Positions 23,301 to 35,600 of a stretch of 64,000 nucleotides of DNA are shown here, one piece after another. Within the stretch, counting starts at the first letter, position 1, and each line of letters opens with the position of its first letter. The stretch is from contig CAWBHS010000057.1 in the NCBI GenBank assembly GCA_963788655.1, forward strand, positions 192,189 to 256,188. The letters are read 5' to 3'. Position numbers and translations under genes: made by a program. This DNA is from an uncultured Verrucomicrobiae bacterium. Lineage in GTDB: Bacteria > Verrucomicrobiota > Verrucomicrobiia > Limisphaerales > JAFGQR01. The notes below the pieces were generated by a model. That model worked only from the letters and a program-made list of their open reading frames with translations, was not told the origin of the DNA and ran no database searches.

Positions 23301-26300
23301 CCGTCCACGCACAACCCGGGATGGTGGTGACACTCACCTGGCCGGTAGCACCTTCATACCCGCTCGTGCCATTGGCCGGCTCCAGCGTGAAGGCGCAGGC
23401 GGCGCCCAATTGGTCGATGGTGAAGGTCTGGCCGGCAAGGGTCATCATGCCCGTGCGCGCGATGGCGGTGGGGTTGGCCTCGACGACGTATTCCACCGTC
23501 CCGCTGCCAATGCCGTTGGTGCCCGCGATAATTTCGATCCAGTCGTTGGTATTGTCCGTGGTCCAGGTGCATCCGGTAATGGTCGTCACGGTCACCTGTC
23601 CCGTTTCAACGAGATCGCTGTGGACCCGGTTGGCCGGGGTGAGCGCAAACGTACACGGCGCGCCGGTCTGACTAATGTCGAAGGTTTGCCCGGCAATCAC
23701 CACCGTGCCCGAGCGGCCATTGGCGTTCAAATTCTCGCCCACCGAATAATTCACGTTGCCGCTGCCGGTACCGTTGGCGCCGGAACTGATCGTGATCCAG
23801 GAATTAGTATTGACCACGGTCCAGTCGCACCCGTTGAGCGTCGTTACCGTCACCAATCCATTGGCGGCCTGGTAACCGTGTGAGGCGCTGGTCGCTGAAA
23901 GCGTGAAGTCACATGGGGCGCCGGATTGGCTGACGGCAAAGGCCTGGCCAGCAATCAGGAGGTTACCGGTGCGCGCGCTGCCGTTGGGATTGGCCGCGAC
24001 CCGGTAGCTGACGCTGCCATTATTCGTGCCGTTGAGGCTTGAGAGAATGGTGATCCAACTGTTGGAATTACTCACCGTCCAACTGCACCCGGTGATGGTC
24101 GTCACGTTGATCGAACCGGTTTCTTCAATATAACCATGGTTTCGGCTGTCTGGGGTCAGCATGAACGTGCAGGGAGCACCCGCCTGATTCACCGTGTATT
24201 GTTGGCCGGCAATGGTGAGTACCGCCGAGCGGGCGATGGCCGTCGGATTGGGCGCCACGGCGTACTGCACGTCGCCGCTGCTGACCCCGTTCGCGTTGGC
24301 GGTGATCGTAATCCAGGCGTTGGTATTCTCCACGAACCAGGTGCAATCATTGACCGCCGTCACGTGGACCGAACCGTTTTCCAGGCCGGAACCATGGGCT
24401 TGCTCGGTCGGTGAAATGGCATAGGTGCAAGGCGCACCCCACTGGATCAGCGGAACCGTCTTGTCCGCGATCAGCAGCACCCCGGCGCGCAAATTCGAGC
24501 TCGGATTGGCGGTCACCGAGTAGTTCACCGTCGCGTTGCCAAGGTAGTTGGTTCCCGTGGAAATCGTGATCCAGGCATTCGTACTCACGGCGGTCCAATC
24601 GCAACCACTGCTGGTCGTCACCGTAATCGTCCCGGATTCGGCGCCATACCCATGAATCAAACTGGTGGGGTTCACGGTATAGACGCACACAATGCCGGTT
24701 TGGCTGATCGTGAAGGGTTGCCCGGCAATCACCAGCACGCCGGTACGCACCCGCGGGCCTTCATTGGCGGTCACGCTGTATGCAACGGTGCCATTACCCG
24801 TGCCGCTGGCACCCGCGGTGATCGTGATCCAACTGTTGGTGTTCACCGTCGTCCAATCGCAATTGCCAACGGGCGTCACGCTGATCTGGCCGCTGTCCGC
24901 CGGGGCGGTGTGCGCCCGCTCAGTGGGTGCCAAGGTGGCGGTACAAGGAGTTGCCAACTGCGTCACGGCGTACGGCAGACCGGCAATGACGAACACGCCG
25001 GAGCGGTCAGTGAAGTTCGGATTGGCGTCCACGCTGTAGTTCACGTTGCCGGAACCAGTGCCGCTCGCGCCGGAGCTGATCGTAATCCAACTGTTGGTAT
25101 TGATGACGGTCCAATCACACCCCTCGATGGTTGTTACCAAAACCTCGCCGGCCTCCGCTCCATGACTGTGAACCCGCTGTTCCGGCGCAATCGCAAAGGT
25201 GCAGGGCGCGCCGTCTTGATTCACCGTGAACTGCTGGTCGGCGACGGTTAGCACGCCCGAGCGCGCGATGGCCGTAGGATTGGCGTCCACCGAATAGCTT
25301 ACGTTACCGTTGCCCGTGCCACTGCCGCCGGCGGTGATCGTGATCCAACTGTTCGGATTACTGACCGTCCAATCGCAGCCATTGAGCGTGGTCACGCTAA
25401 ACTGGCCGGCGCCGCCTTCGTAACCGTGAGGGCGATTGGCTGGCGCCAGCGCGAAGGTGCAGGGCGCGGCCGCTTGTTCTACGGTGAAGGTCTGATCGGC
25501 AATGGTCACCATCCCGGTGCGCGGCAGGCCATTGGGATTGGCGGCGACCGAATAGTTCACGGTGCCACTGCCATTGCCGCTGGCGCCGGCGGTGATGGTG
25601 ATCCAACTGTTCGGGTTGCTGACCGTCCAATCGCACCCGTCCAGTGTAGTCACGCCGATCACCCCTGTCTCGAGGCCGGCACCATGAGTTTGGCCGGTTG
25701 CGGAGAGGGCATAAGTGCAAGGAGCGCCCACTTGGGTGACCGTGAACGCTTGCTCGCCAATCACCAGGACGCCCGTCCGATCAATCGCCGTCGGATTAGC
25801 GGCGACGGTGTATTCCACGCTGCCACTATCCGTGCCGTTGGCGGCCGAAGTGATAGTGATCCAAGTATTGGTATTGACCACGCTCCAGTCGCAGCCGGGA
25901 ATCGTGGTAAGGGCCACGGTGCCGGTTTCTTCGCCGGAACCATGAACCTGGCTGGTGGGCGAAAGCACGTAGGCGCAAGCCGCGCCGGATTGGGTGACCG
26001 TGAACGTTTCTCCGGCAACCGTCAGCACGCCGGTTCGTTCCAACGCGGTCGGATTGGCGGCCACCGCATAGTTCACGCGTTCGCCACCGGAACCGTTGGG
26101 ATCGGACAACAGGGTGATCCAATCGTTGGAATTGTCCACGGTCCAGTTGCAACCACTGCCGCTGCGTTCCCAGAAATCCGGATAGTTCCAACCCATGACA
26201 GGCGGGGAGAACAAATCGATACCCACAGCGTCGCTGGCTTCCATGCCGCGAAATTGAATGGTCCAGGTGAGTGAATCCGGCACCGAGGCCACCAGCGGTA

Positions 26301-29300
26301 CGGCGGCATCCACTTGAAAGTCTTCAAAGATCAACGTGGCCCGCGTCGTGGCTGACACGCCGAACCAACCGCTGTCATACAACACGGTCTGCGGCGTCGG
26401 ATAGCCCGAGGCCGAATCCGAACCATCATTGGCGTAAAAGCGCACCCGGGCTTCGACGGTTCCGACGAAGTTCGCCTGGTTGCGATTCTCGCCCCAATAC
26501 TCCAATTCAAACTTGGTGATCTCGCGGGCTTGTCCATCCAGGATCACCTCGTCGCCCACTTCCAGCGTGCCCGGATTGAAGCGCACCAGAAGATCGTTCA
26601 CCGAATTGTCATACACCAGGCCATCAAATACGACGTTGGTTTCGGTGCCGTTCACCGTGCGTTGCGCGGCTTCCATGCGCGCGGCAAAGTCCACCGGTCC
26701 CAGTGAATTGGTCTTTAGCGCCCAACCGCCGTCGGGCACCACATCCACCGAACCATTTTCGGCGCCGGCGCCGTGAATCATTGCATCGGCGGACAAGGTG
26801 TAGTTACACACCAACCCAGCCTGATGAACGGTGAAGAGTTGACCGCCAATGACCAGTATTCCAGTGCGGGCGCTGCCGCTCAAGTTGGCTGCCACGTCGT
26901 AACTTACGGTGCCGCTATCAGTGCCAGCGGCGCCATCGGTAATCGTAATCCAATAGTTGGTATTGTTCACCGTCCAATCACACCCGCTGGCGGTGCTCAC
27001 GCTGATCGTACCGCTGTCCGTCGCCACGCCGTAATCCGCGCTGGTCGGCGTCAGCGTGAAGTCGCAAGGAACGCCCGCCTGCGTCACCGTGAAGTTTTGA
27101 TCCGCAATGACCAACACGCCGGTCCGCGGTTGGGCACTGGGATTGGCTGCCGCGGTGTAACTCACGCTGCCGCTGCCGGTGCCGCCGGCGCCGGCGTCAA
27201 TCGTAATCCAGTCGTTGGTGTTGACCACGGTCCACTCGCACTCAGCGAGGGTCGTGACCGCAATGGTGTCGCTGGCTGCGTCGGCGCTCAGGCTGGCGCT
27301 GGCAGGATCCAGCGTATAATTGCAGGTCGCCCCAGCTTGGCTCACTGTGAAAAATGTATCCGCAATACCCAGCACACCCGTCCGCGCGGCGGTCGTGGGA
27401 TTGGCGGTCACGGTGTAGGTCACCATTCCACTGTTCGTCCCCTCCAAATCCGAGGTGATCGCAATCCAGTCGTTGGTGTTGACCACGGTCCAACTGCACC
27501 CGGAAAGGGTGGTGAGCATGACCATGCCGGCTTCCGCGTCGGCACTGTGATCAGCGTAGGTTGGCAGGAGCGAATAGGTGCAGGGTGCGGCTCGCTGCGT
27601 GAGCGTCATGGTTTGGCCGTCGGCTTCCACCACGCCCGATCGCTCATAGCCGTTCGGATTGGCGGCCACCGTGTAGGTAATCGACGCGCTGCCCGAACCG
27701 GTCATGCCGGAAGTAATCGTGATCCAATCGTTGGTGTTGACCACGGTCCAATCGCAACCGGCGGTGGCGGTCATGGTCAGCGTCCCGCCCGCGGCGCCAT
27801 AGCCATGCGTGCGCGTCGAAGGAGACAGTTTATATGTGCAGGGCGTTCCCAATTGGCTGAGCGTGAACGGTTGGTCACCAATTACCACCACTCCTAACCG
27901 GGCTTCCAGGTTGGGATTGGCCGCCACGCTGTAGGAAATATCGGCATTGCCCAGGCCACTGGTCGCCGACTGGATCGAGATCCACGCATTGGTATTGACC
28001 ACCGTCCACGCGCATTCACTGCTGGTGGCCACGCTCACCAAATCGGTGGTGGCGCCGTAACCATGGGTCCGGTCAATCGGCGAGAGCGTATAGACGCAAC
28101 CCACGCCCGCTTGGGTCACCGTGAACGTTTCATCAGCGACATTAAACACACCGGTTCGCGCGCCGAAGTCCGGATTGGCCGTCAGCGTATAATCCACGGT
28201 GCCGTTGCCCGTGCCGGTCAAGGCCGAGGTGATCGTGATCCAGTCATTGGTGTTGATCACGGCCCAACTGCACTCGCTGGTTGTGGTAACGGCAACCGAT
28301 CCGTTTTCCACCCCGGCGCCATGGCTTTGCTCGGTCGGTGCCAACGCATACGTGCAGGCGATGCCAGTCTGGCTGACGGGGTACAGTTGGTCGCCAATAA
28401 GCAGCGTCCCCGCCCGGGCGCTGACGTTCGAATTGGCTTCGACCGTGTAGCTCACGCTGCCGTTGCCGTTGCCGCTCAATTCGGAAGTGATCGTGATCCA
28501 GCTATTGGTATTCACCACGGTCCAGGCGCAGTCGCTGCTCGTCGTTACCGCGATGGTGCCGTTTTCCGAACCAGTCCCGTGATTACCCGCCGCCGGATCA
28601 ATCGCATAAGCGCAGGGTGCGCCCGTTTGGGCGACCACGAACACCGTCAAGGGATCGCCTTCAATGGTCAGGTTGCCGGTGCGCGCGGTGCGGTCCAGGT
28701 TGGCCGCCACGTCAAAGTTCACCGTTCCTTCGCCGGTGCCGCTGGCGCCGGAGGTGATGGTGATCCAATCGTTGGTATTGATGATCCCCCACGTGCAAGT
28801 GGCGGTGGTCAGCACCGTCATCTGGGCGGTGGTGGCCTCCGCTCCGAGCACCAGGTTGGTCGGCGAGGTTTCATAGACGCAAAACGCACCGCGCTGGGTC
28901 AGGGTGAAGGGCTGGTCGCCGACCACCACGACGCCCGCTCGATCCAGGGCGCCCGTATTTTCGCTCAGGCTGTAATTCACGCTGCCGTCGCCCGTGCCGG
29001 TCGTCGCGGAAGTGATCGTAATCCAATCATTCGTCGTGACGACAGTCCAGGGACAGCCCAGGACCGCAGTAACGCTGATTTGCCCTTCGGTGGCCGCAAA
29101 ACCATGAACGCGGTCAGTCGGCGAAATAGAGTAACTGCACGGCCGGGCGCGCTGCGTCAGCGTGAGCGTTTCGCCTTCGATGACCACTGTGCCGATTCGC
29201 TCGCTCGAACTCGGGTTGCTAGCCACGTCGTAGTTGATCGTGCTGGTGCCGGTGCCGTTCGGACTCGAGGTGATGGTTATCCAATCGTTGGTGTTGATAA

Positions 29301-32300
29301 TGGTCCAACTGCATGCGCTGTCCGCCGTCAGGCTAAACGTATCGCTGGTTGCGCCGTATCCGTGCGTGCGGGTCGAGGGCGAAACCTTGTAAGTGCAAAC
29401 CTGCCCCAGTTGGCTCAAGGTAAAGGGTTGTCCGCCAATCAGCACCACGCCGGTCCGGAGCGAATACGCGGGATTGGCATCCACCGAATACCCGATATCC
29501 GCGTTGCCCGTACCGCTGAGCGGCGAGTTGATCGCGATCCAATCGTTGGTATTGACGATGGTCCAGGCGCACTCACTCGTCGTCGCCACGCTGACCAATC
29601 CCGTCGAGGCGCCATATCCGTGCGTGCGGTCGATCGGGGACAAATCGTAAGCGCAAGTCGCGCCAGCTTGATTGATCGTGAACAGCTCGCCGGAGATGGT
29701 TACGAAACCAGTGCGCGGGCTCAAACTCGGGTTGGCCCCCACCGAGTAGTTCACGGTGCCGTTGCCGGTGCCGCTGGCGCCCGCGTCGATGGTGATCCAC
29801 GCGTTGGTGTTTTCCACCGACCACGAACACTCGGCGTCAGTCGTTACCCCCACCTGACCGGCTTCAGCTCCTTCCCCATGATCCGCGCTGACCGGCGCCA
29901 GCGCGTAAGCGCAAGGGATGCCCGCTTGCATCACCGGGAATACTTCGTCGCCAATCGTGAGATTACCCGTCCGCGACAGGTGACTAGGGTTGGCGTCCAC
30001 AGTGTAAGCAACCGTTCCGTTATCGGTGTTGTCCAGGCTCGAGGTAATGGTGATCCAAGTGTTCGTGTTCACCACCGTCCAACTGCAACCGCTCGGCGTC
30101 GTCACGTCCACGGAACCGTTGTCAGCGTCCGCGCCATGACTGCCGGCCGCGGGCGTCAAGGTGTAGGCGCAGGGCGTAGCGTGTTGGGTCAGGGTCAGGG
30201 CGGCGTCGCCGATAACGAGCACGCCGACTCTCTCCACCGCGTCGGGATTAGCGGCGACGTCGTAGGTGATCTCGGCGTTGCCGGTGCCGCTGGCGGCGGA
30301 GGTGATGGTAATCCAGTCGTTGGTGTTGACGATGGTCCAGTCGCACTCGGTGCCGGCCGTCAAACTGATGGAATCGCTCGTCGCGCCGTAACCGTGCGTG
30401 CGATCCGGCGGCGAAAGCGTGTAGGTGCAGGGCGCGGCGGCTTGATTGATAGTAAAGGACTGGCCGGCAATGGATAAGACCGTCGAGCGAGGCGTCATAT
30501 CGGGATTGGTCGCCACGGTGTAATTCACACTGCCGTTCCCGGTTCCGCTGGCGCCGGAGTCAATCGTAACCCAGGCGCTGGGATTGACCACACTCCAGGC
30601 GCAGCCGGCGCCGGCAGTGACAGTCACCGCGCCCGTTTCCGTTCCAGCGCCATGGTCCGCGCTGGCCGGGGCGATCGCATAGGTGCAGTCGAGTCCCGCC
30701 TGATTCACTTGGAACGCCTGGCCGGCGACGGTAAGGAAGCCGCTGCGCGCCGTGTATTCGGGATTGGCCTCCACCGTGTAGTTCAACGCACCACTGCTCG
30801 TGTTGTCCAAGGCCGAAGTGATCGTAATCCAGGTGTTGGTGTTCACCACGCTCCAAGCACAACCCGTGAGCGTCGTCACGGTTGTGGTTCCCGAATCCGC
30901 GGTCGCCGGGTGATTGGCCACCGTGGGCGCGAACACATAGGTGCAAGTGGGGGCGCGTTGCGTGAGCGCCAGGGCCTGGCCGCCAATCAGCACCACGCCA
31001 CTCCGCTCGATGCCATTGGGATTGGCGGCGACATCGTACGTCACCGTTGTGCCGCCGGTGCCGTTCAGAGCCGAGGTAATCGTGATCCACCCGTTGGTGT
31101 TCACCACACTCCAGGCGCAGCCGGCGCTGGTGGTCAATCCCACGGTTCCGGAGGTCGCGGAGTAGCCATGCGTCCGGCTGGTGGTGGAGAGCTTGAACGT
31201 GCAAGGCGCCCCCAGTTGGCTCAAGCTGAAGGGCTGACCGCCAATCACCACCGTGCCGGCCCGGCCTTCCAGACTTGCGTTGGCGGTGACGCTGTACCGA
31301 GACGTCGGCGCTGCCGGTACCGCTCAGCGGCGAATTGATCGTGATCCAATCGTTGGTTTTGACCACCGTCCAATTGCATCCGCTGCTGGTCGCCACACTC
31401 ACCAAATCGGTGGTGGCCCCGTAGCCGTGGGTGCGGTCGAGTGGGGATAACGTGTACGCGCAGGCAAGGCCGGCCTGCGTCACGGTGAACGTTTCGCCGC
31501 CGATGGTCAGCGTTCCGCTCCGGCTGTTGAGATCCGAATTCGCGGCCACTTCATAACTCACGCTGCCACTACCGGTGCCGCTGGCAGCAGACGTCAGCGT
31601 GATCCACGCGGCGGAACTCTCCGCCGTCCAGTCGCACCCGCCGGCGGTCGTGACGGTCACAGTTCCTGGTCCTCCCGCCGCGTCGGGGTTGGCACTGATC
31701 GGCGTGAGCGCATACGTACACGTAGCCGCAGCTTGCGTCACGGTGAAGAGTTCTCCGGCAATCACCAGGTTGCCACTCCGGGGATTCAGTTCGGGATTGG
31801 CCGCGACGTCGTAATTCACCGAGCCGCTGCCGGAGCCGGTTGCCCCCGCGGTAATGGTGATCCAGGAATTCGTGTTGATCGTCTCCCAATCGCAACCATT
31901 GTCGGTGGTCACCGCCACGGTCCCCAGTCCGCCACCGGCGTTGAACGAGTCACTGTTCGCACCCAATGAATAAGCGCAACTCCCCTCAATGGTCACCGTG
32001 CCGTCCACGTACGTGGAACTCAATGGCGTGGCAAACTCGTCCGACACTTCGCGACCAATCGGCTGGTCTCCAAGAGTCACCGGGGTGGCGACCGTGCTCG
32101 TACCGGGAGCGGCGGCGAAGCACACGTCAACAACCACCTGGGAGCCTGCGGGAAAGGTGGAGCTGAAATAAAGCGCCACGGCGCATCCAACACGACCCGA
32201 CTCAGCCTGATTGGCGTTGAGCACCAAGGGGAACGCGCTGCTGGCGCCGCTGCCCAAACTCGCAGAGACGAAGGTCAGCAGGGCGGGATCGTAATTCAGA

Positions 32301-32485
32301 CTGAAGCCCAAGGCATTTTCATCGCCCTGGGCCTCCAGAAAAACTGACAGACACTGCGTCTGTCCACGGGAAACCGTCATGTCCCCAACCCGCAAACTTC
32401 GTTCAGCGCCGAAACTGGCTGACACAAGCGTCAGCATTAACAGCGAAACGACCGCCAAATACCTTGTGTTGACTGATTCTCTCAT
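17305..32485 (-). CDS. Giant secreted modular protein A (~5,059 aa): cohesin-like, 40 BACON-like repeats, 3 Ig, SBBP propeller, 4 Ig, FWWKVSSE module, RFYRVV C-terminal domain; one apparent +1 insertion at ~31302
   Basis: Track ORFs 30560..32485 and 17305..31251 are one gene. The first leaves frame inside a repeat (...SGTGSADVS|VQRHRQ) and the second resumes it (VIGGQPFSLSQLG). Removing one G (TCG g TAC) restores ADVSYSVTANASLEGRAGTVVIGGQPF. Signal peptide MRESVNTRYLAVVSLLMLTLVSASFGA. The 13.9 kb from 31251 to 17305 is a single unbroken frame. Confidence 0.9.
17308..17523 (-). other. Shared C-terminal domain, subtype 1 (protein A): ...VVLSWEAVPGKNYQVEYKDNL...RFYRVVEH
   Basis: The last 72 aa align by eye with the last 70 aa of protein D, and more loosely with the C-termini of B and C. 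Confidence 0.65.
17530..17929 (-). other. Unassigned ~130-aa FWWKVSSE...GWVDQV module (single copy in protein A)
   Basis: LSLAEALDATNLVWTTGGNAVWLAQTNLTHDGEDATRSGMIEDNQQTWLETTVVGPGTLTFWWKVSSETNRDFLRFYAGGVEQTNISGDVDWEQQAFAIPAGSHVLWWVYVKDYGSAIGQDRGWVDQVEF. The same module occurs 15 times in protein D. Confidence 0.7.
17935..19035 (-). repeat. Four Ig I-set-like domains (protein A)
   Basis: Same YQW.FNG / SGAT...L.L.NV...AG.Y.VVV.N consensus as at 20270-21090. Confidence 0.75.
19040..20265 (-). repeat. Eight SBBP-type beta-propeller repeats (protein A)
   Basis: Eight ~50-aa units of the type A..VDDAGNVYVTG.......DY.TVKY...G..LW.ARY, matching the PF06739-like pattern. Confidence 0.7.
20270..21090 (-). 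repeat. Three Ig I-set-like domains (protein A)
   Basis: P.IT.QP..Q.V..G..V.F.V...G..PLSYQW..NG..L.....VSGATTP.LTL.NVQ..Q.G.Y.V.V.N..G.V.S..A.LTV, three times. Confidence 0.75.
21095..31978 (-). repeat. Array of 40 tandem ~86-aa (258-nt) BACON-like repeats in protein A
   Basis: I counted the units one by one. Consensus: C.Y.L.P....HG.....G.V.VTT...C.W.VVNTN.WITITSG.SGTGNG.V.Y.V..NP....R.G.L.I.G..F.V.Q.G. Nearly every unit has two conserved Cys. Some units form 3-unit super-repeats (THGYG type / LDNT type / IDAG type). Confidence 0.75.
26165..26740 (-). other. ~190-aa unassigned domain nested inside one BACON-like repeat of protein A
   Basis: One unit is split: CNYTLSADAMIHGAGAENGSVDVVPDG [GWALKTNSLGPVDFAARMEAAQRTVNGTETNVVFDGLVYD...IDLFSPPVMGWNYPDFWERSGS] GCNWTVDNSNDWITLLSDPNGSGGERVNYAVAANP. 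Confidence 0.7.
31985..32404 (-). other. Cohesin-like domain (protein A, N-terminal)
   Basis: LRVGDMTVSRGQTQCLSVFLEAQGDENALGFSLNYDPALLTFVSASLGSG...VVVDVCFAAAPGTSTVATPVTLGDQPIGREVSDEFATPL. It shows the cohesin pattern (set of variants -> G.S..L.YDP..L.FVS...G) and is clearly paralogous to 36743-37168 and 57400-57828. Confidence 0.6.
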
Positions 32486-32675
32486 ATTTCGATCCCATTT
32501 ATTGCCAATCCTTTAAATAGTCGGCTGCCAGCCGGTTTTCTGAAATCCGTAAGACCCCTAAGCCGGCCATCGGGGAAATACCTAAAAGGCTCTCCGGGCA
32601 ATTGCGGTACGGCGCGGCTCGCCCCGCTTAACGCGGTAATCCGGGATTTGTTCCTCATTGGAGACTGCGTCCGGG

Positions 32676-35600
32676 CTATTGTTGCTTCACGGCCCGGTAA
32701 AATCGTTGCGCAAAATTGGTGGTGCCAAGGTCGATGAAATCGATGGTCCCCAGCGTATTGGTCAGGCGAGACAGCGTATCCCAATGCACCAGATTGGTTG
32801 AACCTTGCACTTCCCAAATCTCGCCGGGCACGCCGGACAGCGTCAGCTTCATTTGTCCGGTGGCGGCGGGCATGGTGATCGGCCCGAGGGTGACGCCCAC
32901 AGTGGAAAACTGCTGGGTGACCGTGAACAATTGATTGGCCACGACCAACTGGCCCGTACGCTCCTCAAGACCGGTATTGGCGCTCACTTCATAGCTCACG
33001 CTGCCGTCGCCGGAACCACTCTCGCCCGCGGAGATCGTGATCCAGTCATTGGGGTTTTCGACGGTCCAATTGCACCCGTCGCCGGCCGTCACCGTAATCA
33101 AGCCGCTTTCCGAGCCCGGACCATGAGTAGCCTCGGTCGGCGCAATTACCCAGGTGCAATCCGATCCCGACTGGGTCACGGTAAAGAGCGCAAACGGATC
33201 GCCGGGAATGGTCAACATACCGGTCCGTTCATTGCGCGTCGGATTGGGCGCCACGGTGTAGGTCACGGTGCCGAAGTTGGTGCCGTCCGGACTGGAAGTG
33301 AGGGTGATCCAACTGTTGGTGCTGACCACCGTCCAACTGCAACTGGTCAGCGAGGAGATGGCCACTTGGGCAGTTTCCTGGGCCGGGCCGTGGATGCGGT
33401 TGGTCGGCGAGAACTCGAAGAGGCAAAACGCGCCGCGTTGGTTCAAGGTGAAAACCTGATCGGCAACAAACACGAGCCCGGTCCGTTCGAGAGCGCTGAT
33501 ATTGGGCGGAATCGTATAACTGAATTCGCCGTTGCCGCTGCCGGTGGTGCTCGAACTGATCGTGATCCAGGCGTTCGTGTTGGATACCGTCCAATTGCAG
33601 CCGTCGTTGGCCGTCACGCTCACGGTGCCGCTGCTGGCGCCGCTGCCGTGCAACCGGTCCTCCGGGGATAATTTGTAACTACAGGTTTGGCCCTGTTGCC
33701 CCAGGTTGAAGGGTTGGCCGCCAATAACCACCACGCCGGAACGGTCATTGAACGTGTCATTGGCTGCCACGGAGTAACTGACCTCGCCGGGGCCGGTACC
33801 GGTCAGGCCCGAGGTGATCGTGATCCAACTGTTCGTATTCTCGACGAGCCATTCACATCCGTTCAGCGTGGTCACGCTCACCGTCCCGGCCGCAGCGCCG
33901 TAACCGTGCGTGCGACTGCCCGGGGTGATGGAATAGGTACACGGTGAACCAATTTGCGTCACGCGGAACGCTTCGCTGCCAATGGTCACCACGCCGGTGC
34001 GGTTACTCAGGCCCGCATTGGCGTCCACGGAGTATTGCACTTGCGTGCTGCCGGTGCCGGTGGGGCTGGAGCTGATCGTAATCCAATCGTTGGTGTTGAC
34101 CACGGTCCACGTGCAGCCGTCGAGCGTTGTCAGGTCCACCGTGTCCGCGGCGGCGCCGTAACCATGGGTGCGGTCAATGGGAGACAACTTATAGGTGCAG
34201 GGCCGTCCCACTTGACTCACGCTGAACACCTGATTGGCGATCACGATCACGCCTGCCCGGCCTTCGATGCCCGGATTATCTTGCACGGCATACTCCACGT
34301 CGCCACTGCCGGTCATGCTCGGGGCGGAGTTGATCGTGATCCAAGTGTTGGTGTTCACTACGTCCCACGTGCAACCGTCGAGCGTCACCACACTCACTTG
34401 GTCTGTAGCCGCGCCGTAACCGTGCGTGCGATTGATCGGCGTCAATGCATACGTGCAGGGCACGCCCGCCTGGATCAACGTAAAGGGTGTGCCGCCAACG
34501 GTCACTACACCGGTCCGGTCATTCAGGCCGGAATTATCCGCCACGTTGTAGTTCACCGTAGTACTGCCCTGCCCATTCGAGCTCGTCGTAATGGTGATCC
34601 AACTATTGGTGTTAACGATCGTCCAACTGCACCCGCTGAGGGTGGTGAGGCCGATCGTGCCAGCGCTGGCGCCGTAACCGTGGTTGCGACTGGTCGGTGA
34701 CAAGGCGTATTCACAGGGGGCGCCGGTTTGCGTCAGCACAACCGTTTCGCCGCCAATCACGAGCGTCCCGGTCCGGGCGTTGGGACCTTCGTTGGCGGCC
34801 ACCGTGTAGTTGATGGTAGCACTGCCGCTGCCTTCGGGATTGGAGGCAATGGTAATCCAAGTGTTGGTGTTCACCACACTCCAGACGCATCCATCGAGCG
34901 CAACCAAGTTCACACTGTCGGCCGCCGCGCCGTAACCGTGCGTGCGGGTCGTCGGCGTCAATGCATACGTGCAGGGCACGCCCGCCTGGATCAACGTAAA
35001 GGGTGTGCCGCCAATGGTCACCACGCCGGTCCGGTCATTCAGACCGGGATTGGCCACCACGGTGTAGTTCACCGTGGTACTGCCCTGACCGTTGGGACTC
35101 GTCGTGATGCTGATCCAGCTATTGGTGTTGACGATCGTCCAAGTGCATCCGCTGAGGGTGGTGAGGCCGATCATGCCGGCGCTGGCGCCGTAACCGTGGT
35201 TGCGACTGGTTGGCGACAAAGCGTATTCACACAGGGCGCCGGTTTGCGTCAGGACGAGCGTTTCACCCCCAATCACGAGCGTCCCGGTCCGGGCGTCGGG
35301 ACCTTCGTTGGCGGCCACCGTGTAGTTGATAATCGCGCTGCCGCTGCCCTCGGGGTTCGAGGTGATGGTAATCCAAGTGTTGGTGTTCACCACGCTCCAG
35401 GCGCAACCATCGAGCGTCGCCAAGCTCACACTGTCAACCGCCGCTCCGTAACCGTGCGTGCGGGTCGTCGGCGTCAATGCATAGGTGCAGGGCACGCCCG
35501 CCTGGGTCAATGTGAACGGCGCGCCGCCAATGGTCACCACGCCGATCCGGTCGTTCAAGCCGGGATTGGCCACCACGGTGTAGTTCACCGTGGTACTGCC

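Noticed and set aside
28063-30477. Very long plus-strand ORFs antisense to the giant genes (for example 28063..30477 at 804 aa, 34728..36515 at 595 aa, 40647..42995 at 782 aa, 48965..50533 at 522 aa, 57009..58778 at 589 aa, 61488..62837 at 449 aa).
   Set aside because: Their translations are Arg/Gly/Ala/His-rich low-complexity strings with no domain signatures. They simply mirror the periodicity of the strongly conserved minus-strand repeats. In high-GC DNA the antisense frame of a codon-biased gene is often stop-free.
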